Virus record (IMG/VR): IMGVR_UViG_3300020440_000014
Location: 1-64,000 of that record
DNA: 64,000 bases
Strand: one strand, 5' to 3'
DNA from: a virus
Taxonomy: Duplodnaviria > Caudoviricetes
The notes beneath the pieces are model-generated. The model was given only the letters and a program-made list of their open reading frames with translations, was not told where the DNA came from and made no database searches. Both the position numbers and the translations under genes were made by a program. This document shows, one piece after another, positions 54,251-63,546 of the stretch. Position 1 is the stretch's first letter; the number at the start of each line of letters is the position of its first letter.

Positions 54251-55777
54251 ATGGAAATATTTGGGTTTGAAATAACTCGTAAGAAAGAAGAATTACGAGA
54301 TTTAGATGTCGAAAAAAATTCGGCACCTTCTTTTGTCGCACCGACAATAGATGATGGTACTGCTGTTATACAACAACAGGCAGGATTCATTTCAGGTGGG
54401 GCGTATGGACAATATGTCGATATGGAAGGTGGTATCAAGAGTGAGATAGAACTCATTCGAAGATATCGTGAGACATCTTTGGTGCCTGAATGTGATGCGG
54501 CTATCGAAGACATAGTAAACGAATGTGTAGTTTCTGATACCGAAGATAGGATAGTATCACTTGACCTCCGAGATGTGAACTTCTCAGAGAGTATAAAGAA
54601 AAAGATACAAGAAGAGTTCAAACACATCTTATCTTTAATGAAGTTCAATCAGAACTCTCATGAAATATTCAGAAAATGGTATGTCGATGGTAGAATCTAC
54701 TTTCATAAAGTAGTAGATTCAAAGCAGCCACAAAAAGGTATGGTCGATATTAGAAATATTGACCCGACCAAAATTAAAAAAGTCCGTAATATAGAAAAAG
54801 AAAAAGATGCTAAGAAAGGCATCGAAAAGGTTAAAAAGGTTGAAGAATTTTATGTCTTCAGCGATAAAGGTTTCGATAAGAGTAGTGTTAATGAAGGCAC
54901 AACTCTTAAAATTGCACCTGAGGCAGTAAGTTATACTACTTCAGGAATGTTAGATTACACTAAGAATATTGTAATCGGATATTTGCATAAGGCATTGAAG
55001 ACTGCAAATCAGTTATCAATGATGGAAGATGCGCTTGTTATTTACAGAATATCAAGAGCACCAGAAAGAAGAATCTTCTACATTGATGTTGGTAACTTGC
55101 CGAAAGCGAAAGCAGAACAATACTTAGCAGATGTTATGAATAAGTATAGAAATAAACTTGTTTATAACTCGCAGACAGGCGAAATCAAAGATGATAGACG
55201 CCATATGTCGATGTTAGAAGACTATTGGTTACCTAGAAGAGAGGGTGGTCGAGGAACAGAGATATCAACTTTGCCGGGTGGTTCAAACCTATCAGAGATT
55301 GATGATATAGAATACTTTAAAAAGAAACTATATCAGTCTTTAAATGTTCCAACTTCTAGAATGGAAGCAGACAATGGATTTAACATGGGTCGTGCTTCAG
55401 AGATTTCTAGAGATGAACTTAAGTTTAATAAGTTCACACGAAGACTGCAAGATAAGTTTGCAAGAGTCTTTACAGACATGTTAAGAACTCAATTAATTCT
55501 GAAGAATATTGTGACTTCAGATGAGTTTGATAAGTATAAAGATTTTATACATTATGATTTTGCAACAGATAATCACTTTACGGAGTTGAAATCTGGTGAA
55601 ATCATGAGAGAAAGATTTGACTTATTGGGACAGGCAAGTGAGTATATTGGAAAATACATCTCACATGACTATGTCAGAAAAAATATATTAAAGCAGTCTG
55701 AGTCTGATATTAAAAGGTTAGACCAAGAGATAGAAGACGAAGGCGGTGATGGAGGAGATTCGGAAGACGAATTTTAA
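54251..55777 (+). CDS. gp20: Portal protein gp20
   Basis: 'FRKWYVDGRIY', 'YRISRAPERRIFYIDVGNLPK.KAEQY', 'EDYWLPRREGGRGTEI.TLPGG'. Confidence 0.98.
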   Translation: MEIFGFEITRKKEELRDLDVEKNSAPSFVAPTIDDGTAVIQQQAGFISGGAYGQYVDMEGGIKSEIELIRRYRETSLVPECDAAIEDIVNECVVSDTEDRIVSLDLRDVNFSESIKKKIQEEFKHILSLMKFNQNSHEIFRKWYVDGRIYFHKVVDSKQPQKGMVDIRNIDPTKIKKVRNIEKEKDAKKGIEKVKKVEEFYVFSDKGFDKSSVNEGTTLKIAPEAVSYTTSGMLDYTKNIVIGYLHKALKTANQLSMMEDALVIYRISRAPERRIFYIDVGNLPKAKAEQYLADVMNKYRNKLVYNSQTGEIKDDRRHMSMLEDYWLPRREGGRGTEISTLPGGSNLSEIDDIEYFKKKLYQSLNVPTSRMEADNGFNMGRASEISRDELKFNKFTRRLQDKFARVFTDMLRTQLILKNIVTSDEFDKYKDFIHYDFATDNHFTELKSGEIMRERFDLLGQASEYIGKYISHDYVRKNILKQSESDIKRLDQEIEDEGGDGGDSEDEF

Positions 55778-55780
55778 TAA

Positions 55781-55966
55781 TTGATGGAAAAAACAAGAGA
55801 TATAGTAGACCAAATTGAATCGGGCAAATTACAAGATGCTAAAGACACAATTAATGATGTCTTAAAGCAAAAAGCTGCTGAAGTTGTTGATATGAAAAGA
55901 GTTGAAACATCTACTAATTGGATGGAAAAACAAGCAGATGAAAACTTGGAAACAGATAACAACTGA
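55781..55966 (+). CDS. Small prohead core protein (gp67 position)
   Basis: 61-aa helical ORF between portal and protease, conserved T4-like position. Confidence 0.55.
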   Translation: MMEKTRDIVDQIESGKLQDAKDTINDVLKQKAAEVVDMKRVETSTNWMEKQADENLETDNN

Positions 55967-56243
55967 GTTAAACGAAGCTAAGTTCAAACTTCCTAAAGAC
56001 CAGAAGGAAGTAAAACGACAGACTGAGAAAGTCTCAGGAAAGTCACTGGACATAGTATACGGAGAAGACAAACGAGGAAAGATTCACGTATACGTAGACG
56101 GCGTATCTATGGGTGAACCTCATAGAAATATGAAAAACGCTGAAAAAGAAATGAAAAATGTTAAAAAATTAATTTTGCAAATGGGTGAAGAGAACATAAC
56201 TAAAGAAGAAATATTAGGAGTAATAAATGAAGTTAATATCTGA
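55938..56243 (+). CDS. Prohead core protein (gp68 position)
   Basis: Starts 'MKTWKQI..EL.EA'; syntenic with gp68. Confidence 0.5.
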   Translation: MKTWKQITTELNEAKFKLPKDQKEVKRQTEKVSGKSLDIVYGEDKRGKIHVYVDGVSMGEPHRNMKNAEKEMKNVKKLILQMGEENITKEEILGVINEVNI

Positions 56244-56880
56244 ATTTAATGATTACGCAGTTTCACCTGTGATTGTAGAAGAGAACGAAAACGGTAAAAA
56301 AGATTATTTTATCGAAGGTATTTTCATGCAATCTGAAATCAAAAACAGAAATGGTCGTGTATATCCGAAAGACGTAATGAGAAAAGAAGTAGCACGATAC
56401 AACAAAGAGTTCGTAGAACAAGATAGAGCTTTCGGTGAATTAGGTCATCCAGACGGACCAACAATCAATTTAGACAAAGTATCTCACATGATTACTAAAC
56501 TAGAAGAAGATGGTAATAATTATGTGGGACGTGCAAAGATTTTAACAACACCTAACGGTCAAATCGTAAGAAACTTGATTGATGACGGTGCAAAACTTGG
56601 TGTATCATCTCGTGGTCTAGGTTCCCTAGAACAAAAAAATGGTTCTCAAGTTGTTAAAGGCGATTTTCAGTTGGCAACGGCCGCTGATATCGTTGCAGAC
56701 CCTTCTGCTCCAGAGGCTTTCGTAGAAGGCATCATGGAAGGAGTAGAATGGTATTATGAATCAGGTATTCTAAAAGCGAAAGAGATTGACCAAATGCATA
56801 AAGAAATGCGTAGTGCCAAACTCAATAAACTTGAAGAAACCAAATTAAATTTATGGAAAAAGTTCGTAGAGAACTTGTAA
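56227..56880 (+). CDS. gp21: Prohead protease gp21
   Basis: 'IEGIFMQSEIKNRNGRVYP', 'GELGHP.GP.INL', 'LGVSSRGLGSL', 'DIVADPSAP.AFV'. Confidence 0.97.
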   Translation: MKLISEFNDYAVSPVIVEENENGKKDYFIEGIFMQSEIKNRNGRVYPKDVMRKEVARYNKEFVEQDRAFGELGHPDGPTINLDKVSHMITKLEEDGNNYVGRAKILTTPNGQIVRNLIDDGAKLGVSSRGLGSLEQKNGSQVVKGDFQLATAADIVADPSAPEAFVEGIMEGVEWYYESGILKAKEIDQMHKEMRSAKLNKLEETKLNLWKKFVENL

Positions 56881-56882
56881 CA

Positions 56883-56890
56883 TATAAATA
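56883..56890 (+). promoter_or_regulatory. T4-type late promoter
   Basis: Exact TATAAATA upstream of gp22. Confidence 0.6.
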
Positions 56891-56920
56891 AAAGAGTATT
56901 TACTCAAACAGGAGAAACAA

Positions 56921-58270
56921 ATGGCAGATTTAGAAAAAAACCTAGAACAAGCAATAGAAGAGGCTATGCAGCCTGATTCTAAAGCTGAAAAAGGTGACTC
57001 AAAAGCTGTTAAGCAAGGTTCATCTGATGCCGCTTCAATTGAAAGTGGTAAAGGTGAAGTCGTCAAACCTGAAGAAAATCCTGTTGACAAAGCCGTTGAT
57101 TCAGTTAAAAGCGCTGAAGGTGGTTCTAAAGAAATTAGTAACGACCCCCAAAAGAAAGGCGCTTCAAAAGCTGAACCTCAACCAAAATTAAAGAAAGTTT
57201 CTGAAGAAGAAGATTCTGAAGAAGAAAAACCTTCAAAAATGGAAATGATTAAGGCTATGGTCAACTCAATGAAAGAAATGGATAAAAAAGACCTTCAGGC
57301 TATGTACAACAAAATGTCAGAAGAAGAAGTTGACGAATCCCTTAGCAAAGCAGAAATCGCAAGAAGCATCGTAGAACTCATGAAGAAAAAAGATGAGGAA
57401 GACGTTGAAGAAGGTTATAAAAAACTTAACGCAATGAAGATGAAAAAGGAAGAAGAGGAAGACGAAGACGAGGACAAAGAAGACGAGAAAGAAGTCGAAG
57501 AGTCCGCAGAAGTCGAGTCAGACCTAGTTGAGATGGAAGTAGAAGACGACCTAGAAAAAATCTCAGAAGCTCTTGAACTATCAGAAGAGAATCAAGAGAA
57601 AGCTAGAACAATCTTCAAAGCCGCAGTATCATCAAAAGTTGCTGAAATTAAAGAAGAACTTTCAAAAGAACATGAAGAATCATTAAAAACCTCAATAGAA
57701 AAAGTGAAGGACGAATTATCAGAAGCTACTGATAAGTATCTTTCATATGTTGCTGAAGAGTGGACGAAAGAAAACGAATTAGCAATCGAAAGGGGTTTGA
57801 GGTCAGAAATGACAGATAACTTTATCGAAGGACTAAAAACATTGTTCGTAGAACATTATGTTGAAGTACCAGAAGATAAGTATAATGTCATGGACGAACT
57901 CGCAAATCGTCTCGATGAAATGGAAGACAAACTAGACAACGAAGTCAATAAGAATATGGGCTTAGTTGAAGAGTTAGATTCTATGAAGAGAGACAATGTT
58001 GTCAGAGAAGCCTGCAAAGACTTATCTGAATCACAACAAGAGAAATTAGTTTCATTATCAAATGGAGTAGATTTCAAAGACGAAGCAGACTTTCAAGATA
58101 AGATTGCAGAAATCAAAGAAGCATACTTTCCAGTTGACGGTGAAACGGTTGTTGAAGAGACAAACATAGAAGAAGGTACAGGAGAGTTCGAATCTAACGA
58201 AGAGAACGTTCTTCCACCTGAAATGAGTGCGTATTCATCAGCAATTTCAAAATTAAAACCATTAGGGTAA
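56921..58270 (+). CDS. gp22: Prohead scaffold gp22
   Basis: Acidic coiled coil; 'IFKAAV..KV', 'YL.YVAEEW..EN.LAIE.GL..E..DNF..GLK.LF.EHY..VPE'. Confidence 0.93.
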   Translation: MADLEKNLEQAIEEAMQPDSKAEKGDSKAVKQGSSDAASIESGKGEVVKPEENPVDKAVDSVKSAEGGSKEISNDPQKKGASKAEPQPKLKKVSEEEDSEEEKPSKMEMIKAMVNSMKEMDKKDLQAMYNKMSEEEVDESLSKAEIARSIVELMKKKDEEDVEEGYKKLNAMKMKKEEEEDEDEDKEDEKEVEESAEVESDLVEMEVEDDLEKISEALELSEENQEKARTIFKAAVSSKVAEIKEELSKEHEESLKTSIEKVKDELSEATDKYLSYVAEEWTKENELAIERGLRSEMTDNFIEGLKTLFVEHYVEVPEDKYNVMDELANRLDEMEDKLDNEVNKNMGLVEELDSMKRDNVVREACKDLSESQQEKLVSLSNGVDFKDEADFQDKIAEIKEAYFPVDGETVVEETNIEEGTGEFESNEENVLPPEMSAYSSAISKLKPLG

Positions 58271-58290
58271 TTTAGAGGAAAATAAAAAAA

Positions 58291-59595
58291 ATGTTTTTAT
58301 CAGAAAACTTACAAGAAAAGTGGTCGCCTATTCTAGAACACTCCGATTTGCCAAAAATCGAAGACAACTACAAGAAGGCAGTCACAGCAGTTATTCTTGA
58401 AAACCAAGAGAACGCTTTACAAGAAGATAGAGCTGTTCTTTCAGAAGCTGCACCTTTAAACTCTACTGGAGCTGCTATTTCTAATTGGGACCCGATTTTA
58501 ATCAGTCTCGTTAGAAGAGCAATGCCAAATCTCGTTGCATACGACATTTGCGGTGTTCAACCTATGACAGGTCCAACAGGTCTTATATTTGCTATGAAAG
58601 CAAGATATCAAGACGATGCTAACGCTACAAGAGATGCTCAATCAGAAGCATTATTCAATGAACCAAGAACTGCTTTTTCAGCAGGTAATTCAGGTGACAT
58701 TGACAACACAGCTGACCCAGACCCAGAAGGTAACCCATTTGCTAGTTCAAGTGCGTATGAAAACGCTACTTCAACTGGTATGTCAACCGCAAACTCAGAA
58801 TCATTAGGTGATGCTTCAAGCAACCACTTCAATGAAATGTCTTTCACAATCGAGAAAAGCACGGTAACAGCAGTTTCAAGAGCTTTAAAAGCAGAGTACT
58901 CATTAGAACTTGCTCAAGACCTAAAAGCAATCCACGGTCTAGATGCAGAATCAGAACTCGCTAATATTTTATCATCAGAAATTCTATCAGAAATCAACAG
59001 AGAAGTTGTTAGAGAAGTAAACAACCAAGCTAAAGTAGGTGCATCAGCAACTGCTTCAGCAGGTACTTTTAACTTAGACGTTGATGCTAACGGTAGATGG
59101 TCTGTAGAGAAGTTCAAAGGATTATTATTCCAAATCGAAAGAGAATCAAATGTAATCGCTAAAGAAACAAGAAGAGGTAAAGGTAACTTTATCCTATGTT
59201 CTTCAGACGTAGCATCTGCTCTTTCAATGGCAGGAGTATTAGATTACACTCCAGCACTATCAACTAACTTAAACGTTGATGACACAGGTAATACATTTGC
59301 TGGTGTTCTTAACGGAAGAGTTAAAGTATATATTGACCCATATGCTGGTTCAGATTACTTAACCGTTGGTTACAGAGGGTCTAACCCTTACGATGCTGGT
59401 ATGTTCTATTGCCCATACGTACCATTACAAATGGTTCGTGCCGTTGGTGAGAATACTTTCCAACCAAAAATCGGATTTAAAACAAGATACGGTATGGTTT
59501 CAAACCCATTCGTAGGTTCATCACCTGCAAACGGTCTTGCTTCCGATGGAACTAACCAATACTACAGAAAATTAGCAGTATCTAACATTCTGTAA
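58291..59595 (+). CDS. gp23: Major capsid protein gp23
   Basis: 'LVRRAMPNLVAYDICGVQPMTGPTGLIFAM', 'SRALKAEYSLELAQDLKAIHGLDAESEL', 'FQPKIGFKTRYG'. Confidence 0.99.
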   Translation: MFLSENLQEKWSPILEHSDLPKIEDNYKKAVTAVILENQENALQEDRAVLSEAAPLNSTGAAISNWDPILISLVRRAMPNLVAYDICGVQPMTGPTGLIFAMKARYQDDANATRDAQSEALFNEPRTAFSAGNSGDIDNTADPDPEGNPFASSSAYENATSTGMSTANSESLGDASSNHFNEMSFTIEKSTVTAVSRALKAEYSLELAQDLKAIHGLDAESELANILSSEILSEINREVVREVNNQAKVGASATASAGTFNLDVDANGRWSVEKFKGLLFQIERESNVIAKETRRGKGNFILCSSDVASALSMAGVLDYTPALSTNLNVDDTGNTFAGVLNGRVKVYIDPYAGSDYLTVGYRGSNPYDAGMFYCPYVPLQMVRAVGENTFQPKIGFKTRYGMVSNPFVGSSPANGLASDGTNQYYRKLAVSNIL

Positions 59596-59612
59596 AAAAA
59601 GTTTCGACTTTT

Positions 59613-59641
59613 AAAAGGGGTCTTTTTAGACCCCTTTTTTT
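59613..59641 (+). terminator. Rho-independent terminator after gp23
   Basis: AAAAGGGGTC-TTTTTA-GACCCCTTTT plus T-run. Confidence 0.9.
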
Positions 59642-59660
59642 ATACACTAAATAATAATAA

Positions 59661-59720
59661 TCGTTCATTCACTCTAAATGTAGCAGTGAACGGAAGTAGG
59701 CATGGGGCCGAAGGAACGCA
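59661..59720 (+). ncRNA. Glutamine riboswitch (glnA-type RNA motif)
   Basis: P1 CGTTC 59662-66 / GAACG 59714-18; P2 TTCACT/AGTGAA; conserved CGGAAGTA...CGAAG E-loop with P3 GGC/GCC; late-type CTAAATA at 59647-53 upstream. Confidence 0.85.
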
Positions 59721-59752
59721 TTTTTGTTCAACCTTTAAACGGAGGAATGGAA

Positions 59753-59872
59753 ATGACAAAGAAGAAGGCTGACCTCAAGTTAGTATACCGTGGCACTCGT
59801 CACAATGGTGAATCTACAAAGTCAAAACCACAGACCAAGGGTGTATACCGTGGTCAAAAGTGGTCGGCTTAA
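59753..59872 (+). CDS. 39-aa DUF4278-like peptide with two YRG motifs (missed by ORF track)
   Basis: MTKKKADLKLVYRGTRHNGESTKSKPQTKGVYRGQKWSA*; GGAGG at 59741-45. Confidence 0.8.
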   Translation: MTKKKADLKLVYRGTRHNGESTKSKPQTKGVYRGQKWSA

Positions 59873-59896
59873 AATAACCTATATACTATAGTAGTT

Positions 59897-59915
59897 GGGG
59901 GTTTCTAAAACCCCC
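59897..59915 (+). terminator. GC-rich hairpin after the YRG peptide
   Basis: GGGGGTTT-CTA-AAACCCCC; no clear U-tail. Confidence 0.45.
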
Positions 59916-59953
59916 TACTACGACATAAACACACATACACACAGGAGGAAATT

Positions 59954-60172
59954 ATGTCAAATCACGCAAAATCTGGGTACGAAATCCGTGCCGATTTACT
60001 ATCTCTAGCAGAGAGTGTTATTATCAACAACATCGAGAATGAAAGGCAAACCATATATTCATGGAATGACAATCATGCTGAGTCTAAAAAGGAGATACCT
60101 TTAAGGACATATTCTGCTCAAGATGTTATTAATACTGCAAAGCAGTTTAATGATTTCGTTAACGAGAAGTAA
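59954..60172 (+). CDS. Small conserved-type phage protein
   Basis: 'YEIR.DLL.LA', '...QDVI..A.QFNDFV'; CA-rich leader and AGGAGG SD. Confidence 0.7.
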   Translation: MSNHAKSGYEIRADLLSLAESVIINNIENERQTIYSWNDNHAESKKEIPLRTYSAQDVINTAKQFNDFVNEK

Positions 60173-60229
60173 GTTAAGATAAATAGTAAAGTGGGGTGAA
60201 ATTATTCGCCCCCCTTAGAAGGAAATAAA

Positions 60230-60448
60230 ATGTCAGAATATGCAAAAAATGTGAAAGTGTTGGAAGGACCTTGGGAAAAAAGTGCATTTCCAAATGGGGT
60301 AGAAACAACAGACGTTATCAGTAGAACGATATCTACACGATACATTCAAGACGGTTATCTTTGTGAAGAGATAGTTCAGAGAGAGTATCGTGGTGAAGAT
60401 TATCTAGACACTACATCATCTAAAAGGATTATAAAACTTGACAACTAA
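60230..60448 (+). CDS. Small hypothetical protein
   Basis: 72 aa; own GATAAATA (60178-85) and AAGGA SD. Confidence 0.6.
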   Translation: MSEYAKNVKVLEGPWEKSAFPNGVETTDVISRTISTRYIQDGYLCEEIVQREYRGEDYLDTTSSKRIIKLDN

Positions 60449-60977
60449 TATTAATAAATCGATTCTCAATAAAAATAACTTTAGATTACTAATTGATAAA
60501 GTTCCAAATGTTGAGTATTATGTTAGAACCGTAAATATACCTGGATTGCAATTCAGTGAAACCGTTCAAGCAGCTGGTGTTGGATTAGATGCATATTTTC
60601 CAGGTGATAAAGTAACTTTCGATACATTAGATATAGAATTCTTAGTTGACGAAGATTTAGCAAACTTTAAAGAAATATATGATTGGATGGATGCAATCGT
60701 TCCAGTCAATGACCCTAGTATATACGGTGCATATACTGAAAGCACTTCTACAAAAACAAATATACTCGCTAATGTCGGCGATGATTTAAAACAATTCTCA
60801 GACATAACACTTGTAACAAATACAAACAAAAATATACCAAATAGATACTTTAGATTTCATGATTGTTTTCCAATTAATCTAGGTGGTATTCAACTTGAAT
60901 CTGGTGCTGATGCAGAACCTGTAATTGCAACCGTGTCATTTAGATTCACATATTACGAGATAAAAACCACTTCATAA
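60438..60977 (+). CDS. gp3: gp3 tail completion / sheath stabiliser
   Basis: 'FRLLIDKVPNVEYY...VNIPG', 'PGDK..F..L.I.FLVDEDL.N..EIYDWM', 'F.F.DCFP..L'. Confidence 0.9.
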   Translation: MTTNINKSILNKNNFRLLIDKVPNVEYYVRTVNIPGLQFSETVQAAGVGLDAYFPGDKVTFDTLDIEFLVDEDLANFKEIYDWMDAIVPVNDPSIYGAYTESTSTKTNILANVGDDLKQFSDITLVTNTNKNIPNRYFRFHDCFPINLGGIQLESGADAEPVIATVSFRFTYYEIKTTS

Positions 60978-61005
60978 ATACTACAAAGTATAGTATAATT
61001 ATAGT

Positions 61006-61449
61006 ATGACATTGGATGAAATAAAAGCGATGTGGTCTAACGATTGCGAAATCGATGACATAGAATTAGATAAATCTAGTTTAGATGTTCCTCGATTACA
61101 TGCAAAGTATTCAGACTTACTAACAGATAACATTCTTAGATTAAAGAATGCTCAAATGCAATACAATCTACTTAGAAAAGATAAGTGGTTGTGGTTCAAT
61201 GGCAAAATGGATGAAAATAGAATTAAAGAATTGGGTTGGTCAGATGACCCATTCGATGGTCTCAAAATAATGAAAAACGATATGGATATTTTTTTCAATT
61301 CAGATGTAGACCTTACAAAATTAAAAGCAAAGATAGATTATCTACAAGAGGTTGTAGAGTATATCAAAAGATGTATGGACAATATTACATGGCGCCATCA
61401 GACAATAAAAAATACAATTGAATGGCGTAAGTTTATGGCAGGCGTATAA
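61006..61449 (+). CDS. uvsY: Recombination mediator UvsY
   Basis: 'W..D..ID..ELD..SL..P.LHAKY', 'I..R..TIKN.IEW.KF.AG'. Confidence 0.9.
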   Translation: MTLDEIKAMWSNDCEIDDIELDKSSLDVPRLHAKYSDLLTDNILRLKNAQMQYNLLRKDKWLWFNGKMDENRIKELGWSDDPFDGLKIMKNDMDIFFNSDVDLTKLKAKIDYLQEVVEYIKRCMDNITWRHQTIKNTIEWRKFMAGV

Positions 61450-62132
61450 TGGTTTACTTTAATAGTGTTATAATTTACCCTAGTTTTCTAACAGAAAGAG
61501 AAGTAGAAGAAATACATATTCATTCAAAAGGAATTGAACTTCAAGATGCTGGTGTTGGTGGTGAAGTTTTAAATGACCCGGACGCAGCTGCACTTAGTTC
61601 GCAAGGTAATATCAGACATAATATAAGACAATCAGATGTTAAATGGATGAATCATCAGGTTATGCCTCAAGATATCAGAAAAAAGATAGAAGATGGTATA
61701 AATCAAGCAAATAGTGAAGCACAATGGAATTTACAATGGGATGAAATAGAGAATCATCAATATACAATTTATCGTCATAGAGAAACAGAACATACTAGAG
61801 GAGATTTTTATACTTGGCATGTTGATTCAGGACCAGGTCTTTTAAATACAGGTAAAATGAGAAAACTCTCTTCAACAATACAATTATCAGCACCTGAAGA
61901 TTATGAAGGCGGAAACTTTGAGTATATCGATTACAATGGTATATTTGATAGGTTAGAAACTTACGAGACTCAAATTGATATAGCAAATAACAAAAAACCT
62001 CTACCGTTTTCAGCAAAAGAAAAAGGAACGCTAATTGTGTTTCCTTCACACACTTATCATCAAGTGACTCCAGTGATTAAGGGTACAAGAGTATCTCTAG
62101 TAAGTTGGTTTCACGGCCAACCTCATGCCTAA
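61449..62132 (+). CDS. 2OG-Fe(II) oxygenase (PKHD/prolyl 4-hydroxylase-like)
   Basis: 'FYTWHVD', 'RKLS..IQLS..EDYEGG', 'GTLIVFPS...HQVTPV.KG.R.SLV.W'. Confidence 0.9.
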   Translation: MVYFNSVIIYPSFLTEREVEEIHIHSKGIELQDAGVGGEVLNDPDAAALSSQGNIRHNIRQSDVKWMNHQVMPQDIRKKIEDGINQANSEAQWNLQWDEIENHQYTIYRHRETEHTRGDFYTWHVDSGPGLLNTGKMRKLSSTIQLSAPEDYEGGNFEYIDYNGIFDRLETYETQIDIANNKKPLPFSAKEKGTLIVFPSHTYHQVTPVIKGTRVSLVSWFHGQPHA

Positions 62133-63546
62133 AGTCACCGTAGAAAAGATTAACGAATGTTTCATGAAAGTCAATTGTGATGATGGACTTGCACGTGACC
62201 TTTATGATTACTTTTCTTTTTCTGTACCAAATGCAAAGTTTATGCCTTCTGTTAAAAATAGATATTGGGACGGCAAAGTAAGATTATTTTCTATTAAAAC
62301 AAACAGAGTATACATTGGTCTTTTACCATATGTCGATGAGTTCTGTAGGGAAAGAGGTTACGAATTTGGCGGAATCGAAGATGTTATCGGTGAAAAACAA
62401 AGAGAAAAATGTAGTCAGTCTTGGTTAGCAGATTTGAATCTTCCTTTTGAACCTAGAGATTATCAGATAGATGCTTTTAATACTGCAATACAATATGGAA
62501 GACAACTTCTATTATCTCCAACTGCAAGTGGTAAATCACTAATCATTTATTTACTTGCAAGATACTATAATAAGAAAACCGTAATTATTGTGCCAACAAC
62601 ATCATTGGTTGAACAAATGACAAAAGATTTTATTGATTATGGTTATAAAGAACCTGTTTGTAAAATATATCATGGTCAAGAAGTTTTCGATGCAGACATC
62701 ACGGTGACTACGTGGCAATCTTTCAGTAAAGCGCCTAAAGAAGTATTAGAATCATTTGATATGGTCATAGGTGATGAAGCACATTTATTTAAAGCGACAA
62801 CACTGAAAGGCATTCTAGAAAAAATGAAGAATACTGCTGTTCGTATTGGTACAACAGGTACTTTAGATGGTACAGAAGTACATAGATTACAACTTGAAGG
62901 TCTATTTGGTCCTGTAAAGAAAGTTATCACATCATCAGAGTTGATAGAAGACGGTACTATTGCAAAGATTGATATTGATTGTATTATACTTAAACATGCG
63001 AAGTGTCATAAAATGTCATACCAAGAAGAAATGGATTATCTGGTTTCATGCGAAGAGAGAAATAAATTTATTGTCAATCTTGTTAGAAATTTAAAAGGTA
63101 ACACACTTGTTCTTTTTCAATATGTCGAAAAACATGGTGTGGTTTTACATGGCATGTTAGATGGTCTTGTAGACAATCTGCATTATGTCTATGGTGGAAC
63201 TGATACTTCTGATAGAGAAGCTATTCGTGGTATAGTAGAAGAAGCAAAAAACGATGTGATACTAGCATCATACGGAACATTTTCCACTGGTGTTAACATA
63301 AAGAAAATAGATAATATTGTTTTTGCATCTCCTTCAAAATCTAAGATTAGAAATTTACAATCTATAGGTCGAGGTCTTAGAAAGACAGAAGGTAAAGATA
63401 GTATGCGATTATTTGATATTGCAGACGACCTTCAATGTGATAATTATACACTTGAACACTTGAAAGAAAGGATAAATATCTATAGTGAGGAGAATTTTCC
63501 TTACGAACTAAAACAATTCGACTTATGGCAACAGCAAAAGACTTAA
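62125..63546 (+). CDS. uvsW: SF2 helicase UvsW
   Basis: 'SPTASGKSLIIY', 'GDEAH', 'GTTGTL', 'YGTFSTGVNI', 'LQSIGRGLR'. Confidence 0.97.
   Translation: MPKVTVEKINECFMKVNCDDGLARDLYDYFSFSVPNAKFMPSVKNRYWDGKVRLFSIKTNRVYIGLLPYVDEFCRERGYEFGGIEDVIGEKQREKCSQSWLADLNLPFEPRDYQIDAFNTAIQYGRQLLLSPTASGKSLIIYLLARYYNKKTVIIVPTTSLVEQMTKDFIDYGYKEPVCKIYHGQEVFDADITVTTWQSFSKAPKEVLESFDMVIGDEAHLFKATTLKGILEKMKNTAVRIGTTGTLDGTEVHRLQLEGLFGPVKKVITSSELIEDGTIAKIDIDCIILKHAKCHKMSYQEEMDYLVSCEERNKFIVNLVRNLKGNTLVLFQYVEKHGVVLHGMLDGLVDNLHYVYGGTDTSDREAIRGIVEEAKNDVILASYGTFSTGVNIKKIDNIVFASPSKSKIRNLQSIGRGLRKTEGKDSMRLFDIADDLQCDNYTLEHLKERINIYSEENFPYELKQFDLWQQQKT

Noticed and set aside
54214-54648. 144-aa minus-strand ORF
   Set aside because: Antisense to the conserved portal N-terminus, with no supporting signals
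50058-63546. Introns or inteins in terminase, portal, capsid or UvsW
   Set aside because: All frames are continuous, of expected length, with no intein terminal motifs
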